64,000 nucleotides of DNA from Escherichia coli (GTDB taxonomy: Bacteria > Pseudomonadota > Gammaproteobacteria > Enterobacterales > Enterobacteriaceae): the NCBI RefSeq assembly GCF_041248615.1, contig NZ_CP158426.1. One strand, given 5' to 3'. Positions within the stretch are counted from its first letter, which is position 1. Each line of letters opens with the position of its first letter. The translations under genes were made by a program, and so were the position numbers. The notes under the pieces were generated by a model. It searched no databases. It was not told the DNA's origin and saw nothing but the letters and a program-made list of their open reading frames with translations. Shown in pieces: positions 33,262-42,562 of the stretch.

Positions 33262-35198
33262 AACCCACTTTATATACTGCTACTGGTGAGTGCGTTACGC
33301 CAGGCTGTGAACTGGGCAAAGGTGGCGAAGGCGCGGTTTATGATATCGAGGAGTTTGTCGATAGCGTCGCCAAGATTTATCACACGCCGCCACCCGCCTT
33401 AAAACAGGACAAACTTGCCTTTATGGCTGCGACAGCTGACGCACAGTTGCTGAATTATGTCGCCTGGCCGCAGGCAACGCTTCACGGTGGACGAGGCGGA
33501 AAAGTTATCGGTTTTATGATGCCAAAAGTTTCTGGTAAAGAACCGATTCATATGATCTATAGCCCGGCACATCGTCGCCAGAGTTACCCTCATTGTGCGT
33601 GGGATTTTCTACTCTATGTTGCGCGTAATATTGCTTCATCTTTTGCTACGGTTCACGAGCACGGGCATGTCGTGGGTGACGTAAACCAGAACAGCTTTAT
33701 GGTAGGCCGTGACAGCAAAGTGGTGTTGATTGATAGCGACTCCTTTCAGATTAACGCCAACGGCACACTGCATTTATGCGAAGTCGGCGTGTCGCATTTT
33801 ACGCCGCCAGAGCTGCAAACCTTGCCATCATTTGTCGGCTTTGAACGCACCGCGAATCACGATAATTTTGGCCTTGCGTTGCTGATTTTTCACGTCTTGT
33901 TTGGTGGTCGGCATCCTTATTCCGGTGTACCGCTTATCTCTGATGCGGGTAATGCGCTGGAGACGGATATTGCCCATTTCCGTTATGCCTACGCGTCAGA
34001 TAATCAGCGACGTGGTTTAAAACCGCCGCCACGATCTATTCCGCTGTCGATGTTACCGGGCGATGTTGAAGCCATGTTTCAGCAGGCATTCACGGAAAGT
34101 GGCGTGGCAACCGCGCGTCCGACGGCAAAAGCGTGGGTAGCGGCACTTGATTTACTACGCCAACAGTTAAAGAAATGTACCGTTTCGGCAATGCATGTTT
34201 ACCCCGGTCATTTGACTGACTGCCCGTGGTGTGCGCTGGATAATCAAGGCGTTATCTATTTTATTGATCTCGGCGAAGAGGTCATTACCACCGGCGGTGA
34301 TTTTGTGCTGGCGAAAGTCTGGGCAATGGTGATGGCGTCAGTAGCACCACCAGCATTGCAACTGCCATTACCCGATCATTTCCAACCGACTGGCAGGCCG
34401 CTTCCTTTAGGCCTGTTACGGCGTGAATACATCATTCTGATTGAGATCGCACTGTCAGCGTTATCGCTGCTGCTTTGCGGCCTTCAGGTAGAACCGCGTT
34501 ATATCATTTTGGTTCCCGTGCTGGCGGCTATCTGGATTATTGGCAGCCTGACAAGCAAAGCGTACAAAGCAGAAATCCAGCAACGTCGTGAGGCGTTTAA
34601 TCGCGCGAAAATGGACTATGACCATTTAGTAAGCCAGATCCAACGGCTGGGCGGGCTGGAAGGTTTTATCGCCAAACGGGCGATGATCGAAAAAATGAAG
34701 GACGAAATTCTCGGGTTACCGGAAGAGGAGAAACGCGCTCTGGCAGCACTTCATGACACTGCAAGGGAACGGCAGAAGCAGAAGTTTCTGGAGGGATTTT
34801 TTATTGATGTTGCCTCTATTCCCGGCGTTGGCCCTGCGCGTAAAGCGGCGTTACGGTCTTTTGGTATTGAAACAGCCGCAGATGTTACCCGTCGTGGCGT
34901 TAAGCAAGTGAAAGGGTTTGGCGACCATCTGACCCAGGCGGTTATCGACTGGAAAGCGAGTTGTGAACGCCGTTTTGTGTTCAGGCCGAACGAAGCGGTA
35001 ACGCCTGCAGACAGACAAGCGGTACTGACTAAAATGGCCGCCAAACGACATCGGCTGGAATCGACGTTGACTGTCGGCGCGACAGAGTTGCAGCGATTCC
35101 GCCTTCAAGCTCCAGCACGGACCATGCCGTTGATGGAACCGTTACGTCAGGCGGCAGAAAAACTGGCTCAGGCGCAGGCTGAATTAAGCCGTTGCTGA
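33258..35198 (+). CDS. yegI: Atypical eukaryotic-like Ser/Thr protein kinase with membrane segment and C-terminal HhH-like region
   Basis: ATG overlaps the yegK stop (ATGA); alternative GTG at 33249. Gly-rich loop GKGGEGAVY, candidate Lys in VAKIYH, divergent catalytic loop HVVGDVNQNS, DSD in place of DFG. Confidence 0.8.
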   Translation: MKPTLYTATGECVTPGCELGKGGEGAVYDIEEFVDSVAKIYHTPPPALKQDKLAFMAATADAQLLNYVAWPQATLHGGRGGKVIGFMMPKVSGKEPIHMIYSPAHRRQSYPHCAWDFLLYVARNIASSFATVHEHGHVVGDVNQNSFMVGRDSKVVLIDSDSFQINANGTLHLCEVGVSHFTPPELQTLPSFVGFERTANHDNFGLALLIFHVLFGGRHPYSGVPLISDAGNALETDIAHFRYAYASDNQRRGLKPPPRSIPLSMLPGDVEAMFQQAFTESGVATARPTAKAWVAALDLLRQQLKKCTVSAMHVYPGHLTDCPWCALDNQGVIYFIDLGEEVITTGGDFVLAKVWAMVMASVAPPALQLPLPDHFQPTGRPLPLGLLRREYIILIEIALSALSLLLCGLQVEPRYIILVPVLAAIWIIGSLTSKAYKAEIQQRREAFNRAKMDYDHLVSQIQRLGGLEGFIAKRAMIEKMKDEILGLPEEEKRALAALHDTARERQKQKFLEGFFIDVASIPGVGPARKAALRSFGIETAADVTRRGVKQVKGFGDHLTQAVIDWKASCERRFVFRPNEAVTPADRQAVLTKMAAKRHRLESTLTVGATELQRFRLQAPARTMPLMEPLRQAAEKLAQAQAELSRC

Positions 35199-35210
35199 GC
35201 CAGTTTTCAA

Positions 35211-36563
35211 TTAACGAAACACCACTTCCGCCCAGCGTGCCAGCCCGGCGGTGACGGAGCCAAAGTCATCGCCGCCTGCAATCGGAATGCCCGGCAACTG
35301 TTCTGCCAGCGCCTTTTTAATCAGCGGTGAACGGGCGCTACCGCCGGTCAGGTAGATAACGTCCGGTTTTTCCTGGGCGTTATCCAGGGCCAGTTGCACC
35401 TGTTCCAGAATCCGCGCCAGTGGCTGGCTGAGGGCGCTTTCCAGCCCTTGCTGGCTAATCAGCGTAGCCAGTTCATCGCTGATAAACGGCAGTGAGGCGC
35501 GGGTTTCCGCTACGCTTGAAAGCGCAATTTTGCTCTCTTCTGCGCTACGTACCAGGCGATAGCTTAAACGCTGACGCCAGACTTTCTGTAACAGGGCCAC
35601 TTTTTCCGGTTCGCGGGCATCGCGTACCAGATCGTTAAGCAGACGACCGTTGGCACTACTGTAGAAATCACTTTGCGCAGGGACGTCGTTGATGGCAACC
35701 GCATTCCACCACGGCAGAATCGGCAGGGCGATGCCTTTTTCGGTTTCGCCCCCCATGCCCAGTAACGGCATCAGGTTTTTAAACGCCAGTGCGATATCCA
35801 GATCGTTACCGCCAATACGGCAACCACTGTGACCCAGCAGGCTGGCTTCACGATCGAGACGCGAACGCCACTGCGGCCCCATCAGCAGCAATGAACAGTC
35901 AGTCGTACCACCGCCGATATCCACCACCAGCACCCGTTTTTCTTCCTGCAAGGTGGCTTCGTAATCCAGCCCAGCCGCGACCGGCTCGTACTGGAATACC
36001 ACATCCTTAAACCCGGCACGCTTCGCCGCGCGTTCCAGAATCCCCTGCGCCTGGGTGTTTGCTTCATCGCCGCCAAGCCCCTGGAAGTTGATAGGGCGAC
36101 CAATTACCGCCTGAGTAATCGCATCCGGCAGCTGTGCCTGCGCCTGCTGGCGAATGTGCAACATCATTGCGCAGACCAGATCCTCAAACAGCGCTACCTG
36201 CTGCGGTTTTAAGCCGCTGGCACCGAGGAACGATTTTGGTGATTTCACAAACCACACTTCTTCTGGATCATCAATGTACTGTGCCAGTGAGGAAAGACCG
36301 AACTGCACGCTTTTCGCCGTAACATCGATATCTTCTTCGCGGTTATAACGAATCGCCCGACGCAACAGCGCCTGCGTTTCATCGTCGTCTGCCGGAACAT
36401 CATGATGGCGGTACAGCCATTCGCTTACCGCTTCACGCGTTGGCGCGCAAAGCATTGAAGGCAGCAGCGTGCTGTCGTTTTCCATTTTCAGTAATTGCGG
36501 CTTACCGTCGCGCATGACCGCCACTGAACAGTTTGCTGTACCGTAATCAAAACCAATAAACAC
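35211..36563 (-). CDS. yegD: Hsp70/actin-like ATPase-fold protein (DnaK paralog)
   Basis: ORF 35211..36626; proposed GTG start at 36563 gives 450 aa beginning (V)FIGFDYGTANCSVAVM; Hsp70 phosphate-binding motifs (VVDIGGGTTDCS). Confidence 0.8.
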   Translation of the reverse strand: MFIGFDYGTANCSVAVMRDGKPQLLKMENDSTLLPSMLCAPTREAVSEWLYRHHDVPADDDETQALLRRAIRYNREEDIDVTAKSVQFGLSSLAQYIDDPEEVWFVKSPKSFLGASGLKPQQVALFEDLVCAMMLHIRQQAQAQLPDAITQAVIGRPINFQGLGGDEANTQAQGILERAAKRAGFKDVVFQYEPVAAGLDYEATLQEEKRVLVVDIGGGTTDCSLLLMGPQWRSRLDREASLLGHSGCRIGGNDLDIALAFKNLMPLLGMGGETEKGIALPILPWWNAVAINDVPAQSDFYSSANGRLLNDLVRDAREPEKVALLQKVWRQRLSYRLVRSAEESKIALSSVAETRASLPFISDELATLISQQGLESALSQPLARILEQVQLALDNAQEKPDVIYLTGGSARSPLIKKALAEQLPGIPIAGGDDFGSVTAGLARWAEVVFR

Positions 36564-36696
36564 GAAATAATCCCCATGCCGGTGAAGAAGGGGCGTGACT
36601 TTAGCGAAATGTTGCCGTCGCGACAACCGGAATATGAAAGCAAAGCGTAGCGTCTGAATAACGTTTATGCTGAAAGCGGATTAACAAGGAGATGCG

Positions 36697-37554
36697 ATGT
36701 ATACCCTGAACTGGCAGCCGCCGTATGACTGGTCGTGGATGTTGGGATTTCTCGCCGCCCGTGCGGTGAACGGTGTGGAAACGGTCGCTGACGATTATTA
36801 TGCCCGTAGTCTGGCGGTGGGCGAATATCGCGGCGTGGTGACTGCTATTCCGGATATAGCCCGCCATACTCTGCACATAAATTTAAGTGCAGGTTTAGAA
36901 CCTGTTGCCGCAGAGTGTCTGGCGAAAATGAGCCGCCTGTTTGATCTGCAATGTAACCCGCAGATTGTTAACGGTGCGTTGGGCAAGTTAGGCGCGGCGC
37001 GGCCCGGATTGCGTTTACCCGGCAGTGTTGATGCTTTTGAGCAGGGCGTGCGGGCGATTTTAGGCCAACTGGTGAGCGTGGCGATGGCGGCAAAATTGAC
37101 CGCCAGAGTGGCACAGCTTTATGGCGAACGGCTGGATGATTTTCCGGATTATGTCTGCTTCCCCACGCCTCAGCGGCTGGCAGCAGCCGACCCGCAGGCA
37201 TTAAAAGCGTTAGGTATGCCGTTGAAACGGGCAGAGGCGCTGATTAATCTGGCAAATGCGGCGCTGGAGGGCACCTTACCAATGACAATTCCGGGCGACG
37301 TAGAGCAAGCGATGAAAACGCTGCAAACTTTTCCGGGTATCGGGCGCTGGACGGCGAATTATTTCGCCTTACGTGGCTGGCAGGCGAAAGATGTTTTCCT
37401 GCCGGATGATTATCTGATTAAACAGCGATTTCCGGGAATGACACCGGCACAAATCCGCCGTTATGCCGAACGCTGGAAGCCCTGGCGTTCTTATGCGCTG
37501 TTGCATATCTGGTATACGGAAGGCTGGCAACCAGACGGAACGGACGAATTGTAG
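36697..37554 (+). CDS. alkA: DNA-3-methyladenine glycosylase II
   Basis: 285 aa MYTLNWQPPYDWSWMLGFLAARAVNGVETV...; HhH-GPD glycosylase. Confidence 0.9.
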   Translation: MYTLNWQPPYDWSWMLGFLAARAVNGVETVADDYYARSLAVGEYRGVVTAIPDIARHTLHINLSAGLEPVAAECLAKMSRLFDLQCNPQIVNGALGKLGAARPGLRLPGSVDAFEQGVRAILGQLVSVAMAAKLTARVAQLYGERLDDFPDYVCFPTPQRLAAADPQALKALGMPLKRAEALINLANAALEGTLPMTIPGDVEQAMKTLQTFPGIGRWTANYFALRGWQAKDVFLPDDYLIKQRFPGMTPAQIRRYAERWKPWRSYALLHIWYTEGWQPDGTDEL

Positions 37555-37575
37555 GCCTGATACGCCGCATCAGGC
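37551..37575. repeat. REP-type palindrome between convergent alkA and dgcE
   Basis: GCCTGATACGCCGCATCAGGC imperfect palindrome. Confidence 0.5.
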
Positions 37576-37591
37576 GATGGGGAAGCACGCC

Positions 37592-40500
37592 TCAGTTAAT
37601 CGCGAAATAACTGCTATTCACCAGCAAATCCAGCGGTTGGGCATCGGCAATCACATCGCCATAAATCAGATCGACGCCGATGCCAGAAAGCGTATCCATC
37701 ACCAGGGGTAAAACTACTGGCCCGGCGATGGTCTTCATCCCGAGCCGCTGAGCGTGCCCCTGAATGATCGTAATCAGCATCTCATCCATCAAATTTCCCT
37801 GCACGTTGGCGCATAACTCACCATCAAGTAGCAGGTAATCTGCCATATTCGCTTTCAGCGAGTTGAAGATTTGCAGATCGCGGCCCACCTGACTGAATAC
37901 GATCCGACATCCCGCCAGCCGCAGTTTTTGCACGTTTTCTGCGTGATCTAAAATCGCGTCTGCCGGAATAATCAGATGTAATAACCGTGGTGGTAGAGGG
38001 CTATTTTCCAGCTGCTCAATTAGTTCATTCACCAGCGTGGCGCTACTCAAACCGGCAACGGAAAGCGGGAGGGCGATGCTTATACCTTTACTGGCAACCG
38101 CTTTGGCGGCCTGCTGGAAAAAATCGTGGAATACCCGTCGGTCAAGAGCATGGCTAAGTGCCGGATCGCTGAAGCTACGACGAAATGTTTGTTCATCAAT
38201 AATCTCGCCTTCGCAACTCCAGAGCTTAAGTGAAATCAGCCACAAATTACGCGCTTTCGGGATCCGCGGCGAAGCGACACCGTGGGCGATCATCATCAAC
38301 TGATTCTCTTTAATCATCCGCCACTGTTCATCAAGCGACATCGCCGCCCGTTCGCTATGTGCGGTAGCTTGCTGCGGTTCGTAAATCGTCACCCGGCCCC
38401 GGCCACCATTTTTGGAGGCATAACAGGCGATATCAGCCTGCGACATCACTTCAGCCGCCTGATGATTGTTGTCATCAATCAAGGTAATCCCGGCACTGGC
38501 ACCTACCCGATGTACACGTCCTTCCCAGATAAAGTGATAGTCATTCACGGCGCTGATAATGCGTGTAGCGATAAAACGCGCACTTTCGACATTACAATCT
38601 GGCAGCAGCAGACCAAATTCATCGCCACCGAGTCGCGCCAGCACGTCGCTGGAGCGCAGCATACTCAGCATCAACGACGCCAGTTCGCGCAGTAAAGCAT
38701 CGCCAGCGGCGTGCCCGGCGCTGTCATTCACCGCTTTAAAGCGATCAAGATCGATAAACACCAGTGCATGTCGCTGATGTGTACTGTTTACCGTTTGCAG
38801 CAGGATACGCAGTTGCTTCTCAAAACTGGCGCGATTGGCGAGATGCGTCAGTGCATCATGGGAGGCGCTGTAGCTCAGCTGGCGCAGCATTTTGCGTGAT
38901 TCGGTGACGTCCTGAATCACCAGAACCGAGCCTATATTGCTGCCGTCCAGAGTACTTAACGGCGTAATACTGTAATGCACGTCGTAGCTGCCGCCGCTCC
39001 GGCAGTGCAACACCACATCTTGTTCAATCGCGGAACGTGAGGTGTCGGCACTGTAAATGTTCTCCATTAATGGTCCGTTGTCGCCAAAAGTAATATGCAA
39101 CACCGTCAGGAGCGGAACACCTAATGCTTCTTCCTGCGTCCAGCCGCTCATCTTCTCCGCCACCGGATTCATAAAGGTAATTTTCATCGCCATATCAATA
39201 CAGACCACGGCTTCGCCGATGGAATCCAGCGTAATGTGCAGGCGCTCTTTTTCCTGAAACAATGCCTCGTTAAGCTGTTTCACTTCGGTCATATCCATAT
39301 TAATGCCGAGCAGGCGTTCGACTTCGCCTTCTTTATTCAGTACCCGGTTAGCGAGGGCGCGGATATGGCGAATGCCGTCTTTCACGGTAATGCGAAATTC
39401 CAGTTTAAAGGGAGAGCGTGATTGCAATGAATCGCGAATCACTTTTTCGGCGTGCTGGCGATCTTCCGGCAGCACGCACTCGTACCACACCTGCCAGTTC
39501 GGTTTGATATGCGGAGGAATTTCATACAGCTCGAACATCCGCTTATCCCAGCTAAAAATATTCGGCTTAAGCTCCCACTCCCAGATGCCAATTCCGCCCG
39601 CTTCGTTAGCCAGCGTGATGCGCTCCATCAGTTGCTGGTTCACCTGTTCGGTGCGTTTTAGCTCGTTAATGTCTTCAATCTGAGCGATAAAATAGAGCGG
39701 CGTACCATCGGTGTGGCGCACCAGTGAGACGGCAAGCAACGCCCAGACAACATCGCCATTGCGGTTGTAGTAGCGTTTTTCCATTGAATAGGTGTTTATT
39801 TCACCGCTGATCAGCTTTTCAACCTGTTGCAGATCTTTATTGAGATCCTCCGGCCAGGTCAGTTGCTGAAAGGTGAGTCCGCGCAGTTCTTCCTGACTGT
39901 AACCGAGAAACTGGCAGAGCGCTTTGTTGGATTGCAGCCATTGCCCCTCGGTGCCCACTAATGCCATGCCGATGGCGGAATATTCCATCGCGTTCCGAAA
40001 GCGGGTTTCGCTTTCGGAAATGTGTTTGCGTTCCGCACGAAAGGCATACATCACCATGGTCATGATGTTGGCGGGCAGCAGGATCAGCAAAAACGGTAGC
40101 CACGGCATATGGCTCATCAGGTATGTACGCGGCGTAGCAAGCAGGGAGGGATCCGCGGCCATCATCAGTGACACCATCATCACCGTGGTAAGGAAGATCA
40201 AAAAGGCTTCCATTCGTGGCAGGCGCACGGCGCTCCACATCAACAGCACAATAATGAAAGTAAAAGGCCACGGCAGATACAGCATCGAAAGCCAGCTTAA
40301 CGTCAGTGTGATGGCTAACGTGAGCAGCGACTCAAAAAGCAACCGTGGGTTGCGATGGCGCAGCAGATAGTGTGGTTTAAATAACAATCCCAGCGGCACT
40401 AGTGCCAGTGCGCCGATGGATTCTGAAAGTACCCATATCAAAAATGCCCTGAGAGGATCGTCTCCGGGCGTCAGCAGGGCAACCAGAACACCCCCCAACA

Positions 40501-40909
40501 GAGGCGGAACAATGGCGCTGCCGAGTGCCAGACGCAGCCAGTCAGCCAGATTTTGCAATGGGTTATACCACGGCAGCAATTTACGCAGTAGCACTGCCCC
40601 GACCACGGCTTCAACAATATTGATGGTCGTCCAGGTCATGTTCAGCGAGCTGGTGGAAAAAAGCAGGATGGATGCGGCGATATTTCCCAGCGAGCAGCTC
40701 AGCGCAATTCCCGGCCACATGCGCCCGGCATGGCGATAAAACGCCACCATCATGATGGACGTCGGGAACCACAGTGGGGCGAGTTGGGTGCCAAACTGCG
40801 AAAGCTCAAGCGAGAAAAGGGTAAAGATAAACGAGACTAAACCTAAACTGACCAGGTGAAGCAGCGGGTGGGGCAGGGCAATTAATACATGCTGTGATTG
40901 TTTGCTCAT
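37592..40909 (-). CDS. dgcE: Multi-domain diguanylate cyclase: N-terminal membrane sensor, PAS repeats, GGDEF and EAL-like domains
   Basis: 1105 aa; GGDEF motif (RLGGDEFGLLL) and a C-terminal EAL-like domain; recalled YegE/DgcE. Confidence 0.9.
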   Translation of the reverse strand: MSKQSQHVLIALPHPLLHLVSLGLVSFIFTLFSLELSQFGTQLAPLWFPTSIMMVAFYRHAGRMWPGIALSCSLGNIAASILLFSTSSLNMTWTTINIVEAVVGAVLLRKLLPWYNPLQNLADWLRLALGSAIVPPLLGGVLVALLTPGDDPLRAFLIWVLSESIGALALVPLGLLFKPHYLLRHRNPRLLFESLLTLAITLTLSWLSMLYLPWPFTFIIVLLMWSAVRLPRMEAFLIFLTTVMMVSLMMAADPSLLATPRTYLMSHMPWLPFLLILLPANIMTMVMYAFRAERKHISESETRFRNAMEYSAIGMALVGTEGQWLQSNKALCQFLGYSQEELRGLTFQQLTWPEDLNKDLQQVEKLISGEINTYSMEKRYYNRNGDVVWALLAVSLVRHTDGTPLYFIAQIEDINELKRTEQVNQQLMERITLANEAGGIGIWEWELKPNIFSWDKRMFELYEIPPHIKPNWQVWYECVLPEDRQHAEKVIRDSLQSRSPFKLEFRITVKDGIRHIRALANRVLNKEGEVERLLGINMDMTEVKQLNEALFQEKERLHITLDSIGEAVVCIDMAMKITFMNPVAEKMSGWTQEEALGVPLLTVLHITFGDNGPLMENIYSADTSRSAIEQDVVLHCRSGGSYDVHYSITPLSTLDGSNIGSVLVIQDVTESRKMLRQLSYSASHDALTHLANRASFEKQLRILLQTVNSTHQRHALVFIDLDRFKAVNDSAGHAAGDALLRELASLMLSMLRSSDVLARLGGDEFGLLLPDCNVESARFIATRIISAVNDYHFIWEGRVHRVGASAGITLIDDNNHQAAEVMSQADIACYASKNGGRGRVTIYEPQQATAHSERAAMSLDEQWRMIKENQLMMIAHGVASPRIPKARNLWLISLKLWSCEGEIIDEQTFRRSFSDPALSHALDRRVFHDFFQQAAKAVASKGISIALPLSVAGLSSATLVNELIEQLENSPLPPRLLHLIIPADAILDHAENVQKLRLAGCRIVFSQVGRDLQIFNSLKANMADYLLLDGELCANVQGNLMDEMLITIIQGHAQRLGMKTIAGPVVLPLVMDTLSGIGVDLIYGDVIADAQPLDLLVNSSYFAIN

Positions 40910-41226
40910 TACCGCTTTATCCGCAAGACCAGGTCGCCAGTATTCGTTTCTGTGTTTATGCTAGTACAAAAGTTTTACATTTTATATGCGAATTGCTCAT
41001 AAAGTGACGTAAAGGCGGATAATTTGCGCAACGGCGTATAACATTTTTTACCTTGTATAAAACTGATCAACGTAATTTGCCACCGGGAATTCTTTGTCAA
41101 CAATTAACTCTGAGCGCGCGGCAACGCTATTCGACTGGTATCAGGCGGATGAAATCCCTATAATTGCCGCGTTTGGCGCTTCGTCGCCCCCTTCCTAACA
41201 TCCAGGTTAATCAGGTCGCTAAATAT

Positions 41227-41868
41227 ATGACTGATCAGTCTCATCAGTGCGTCATTATCGGTATCGCTGGCGCATCGGCTTCCGGCAAGAGTCTTATTGC
41301 CAGTACCCTTTATCGTGAATTACGTGAGCAAGTCGGTGATGAACACATCGGCGTAATTCCCGAAGACTGCTATTACAAAGATCAAAGCCATCTGTCGATG
41401 GAAGAACGCGTTAAGACCAACTACGACCATCCCAGCGCGATGGATCACAGCCTGCTGCTTGAGCATTTACAAGCGTTGAAACGCGGCTCGGCAATTGACC
41501 TGCCGGTTTACAGCTATGTTGAACATACGCGTATGAAAGAAACGGTGACGGTTGAGCCGAAGAAAGTCATCATTCTCGAAGGCATTTTGCTGCTAACGGA
41601 TGCGCGTTTGCGTGATGAACTTAACTTCTCAATTTTCGTTGATACCCCGCTGGATATCTGCCTGATGCGCCGCATCAAGCGTGACGTTAACGAGCGTGGG
41701 CGTTCAATGGATTCAGTGATGGCGCAATATCAAAAAACCGTGCGTCCGATGTTCCTGCAATTCATTGAGCCTTCTAAACAATATGCGGACATTATCGTGC
41801 CGCGCGGCGGGAAAAACCGCATCGCCATCGATATATTGAAAGCGAAAATAAGTCAGTTCTTTGAATAA
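41227..41868 (+). CDS. udk: Uridine/cytidine kinase
   Basis: ORF 41164..41868 trimmed to [22 protein letters not shown] (213 aa); P-loop. Confidence 0.9.
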
Positions 41869-41959
41869 GCTTGATAAATTGTGTACCGTTCAGTGATAAC
41901 CTGGTATGCCCTTGACGTAATTGGCGTTAAGGGAGTGATGCGCGAAAGGAGAAAATGCC

Positions 41960-42541
41960 ATGCGTCTGTGTGACCGAGATATTGAAGCCTGGCTTGATGA
42001 AGGCCGTTTGTCGATCAACCCACGTCCGCCAGTGGAGCGTATTAACGGCGCGACAGTGGATGTGCGCCTGGGCAATAAATTTCGTACCTTCCGTGGTCAC
42101 ACGGCAGCGTTTATCGATCTGAGCGGTCCCAAAGATGAAGTGAGCGCCGCGCTTGACCGCGTGATGAGCGATGAGATCGTTCTCGATGAAAGCGAGGCGT
42201 TCTATCTTCACCCAGGAGAGCTGGCGCTGGCGGTGACGCTGGAGTCGGTGACGCTGCCAGCCGATCTGGTGGGATGGCTGGACGGTCGTTCCTCACTGGC
42301 GCGTCTGGGGCTTATGGTGCACGTCACCGCGCACCGTATCGATCCGGGCTGGTCTGGCTGTATTGTGCTGGAGTTCTACAACTCCGGTAAGCTGCCGCTG
42401 GCGCTGCGTCCGGGCATGTTAATTGGTGCGCTGAGCTTTGAGCCGCTTTCCGGCCCGGCGGCGCGACCTTACAACCGCCGTGAAGATGCGAAATATCGCA
42501 ACCAGCAGGGCGCGGTAGCCAGCCGAATCGATAAAGACTAA
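41960..42541 (+). CDS. dcd: dCTP deaminase
   Basis: 193 aa [23 protein letters not shown].... Confidence 0.95.
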   Translation: MRLCDRDIEAWLDEGRLSINPRPPVERINGATVDVRLGNKFRTFRGHTAAFIDLSGPKDEVSAALDRVMSDEIVLDESEAFYLHPGELALAVTLESVTLPADLVGWLDGRSSLARLGLMVHVTAHRIDPGWSGCIVLEFYNSGKLPLALRPGMLIGALSFEPLSGPAARPYNRREDAKYRNQQGAVASRIDKD

Positions 42542-42562
42542 TTCAGGCCCATTGAGGATACC

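Noticed and set aside
32500-35198. A small gene (yegJ) that I recall being annotated between yegI and yegK in K-12
   Set aside because: yegK and yegI overlap directly and no intergenic ORF of suitable size exists in either orientation; either my recollection of its position is wrong or the gene is absent here. Cannot be resolved without a reference alignment.
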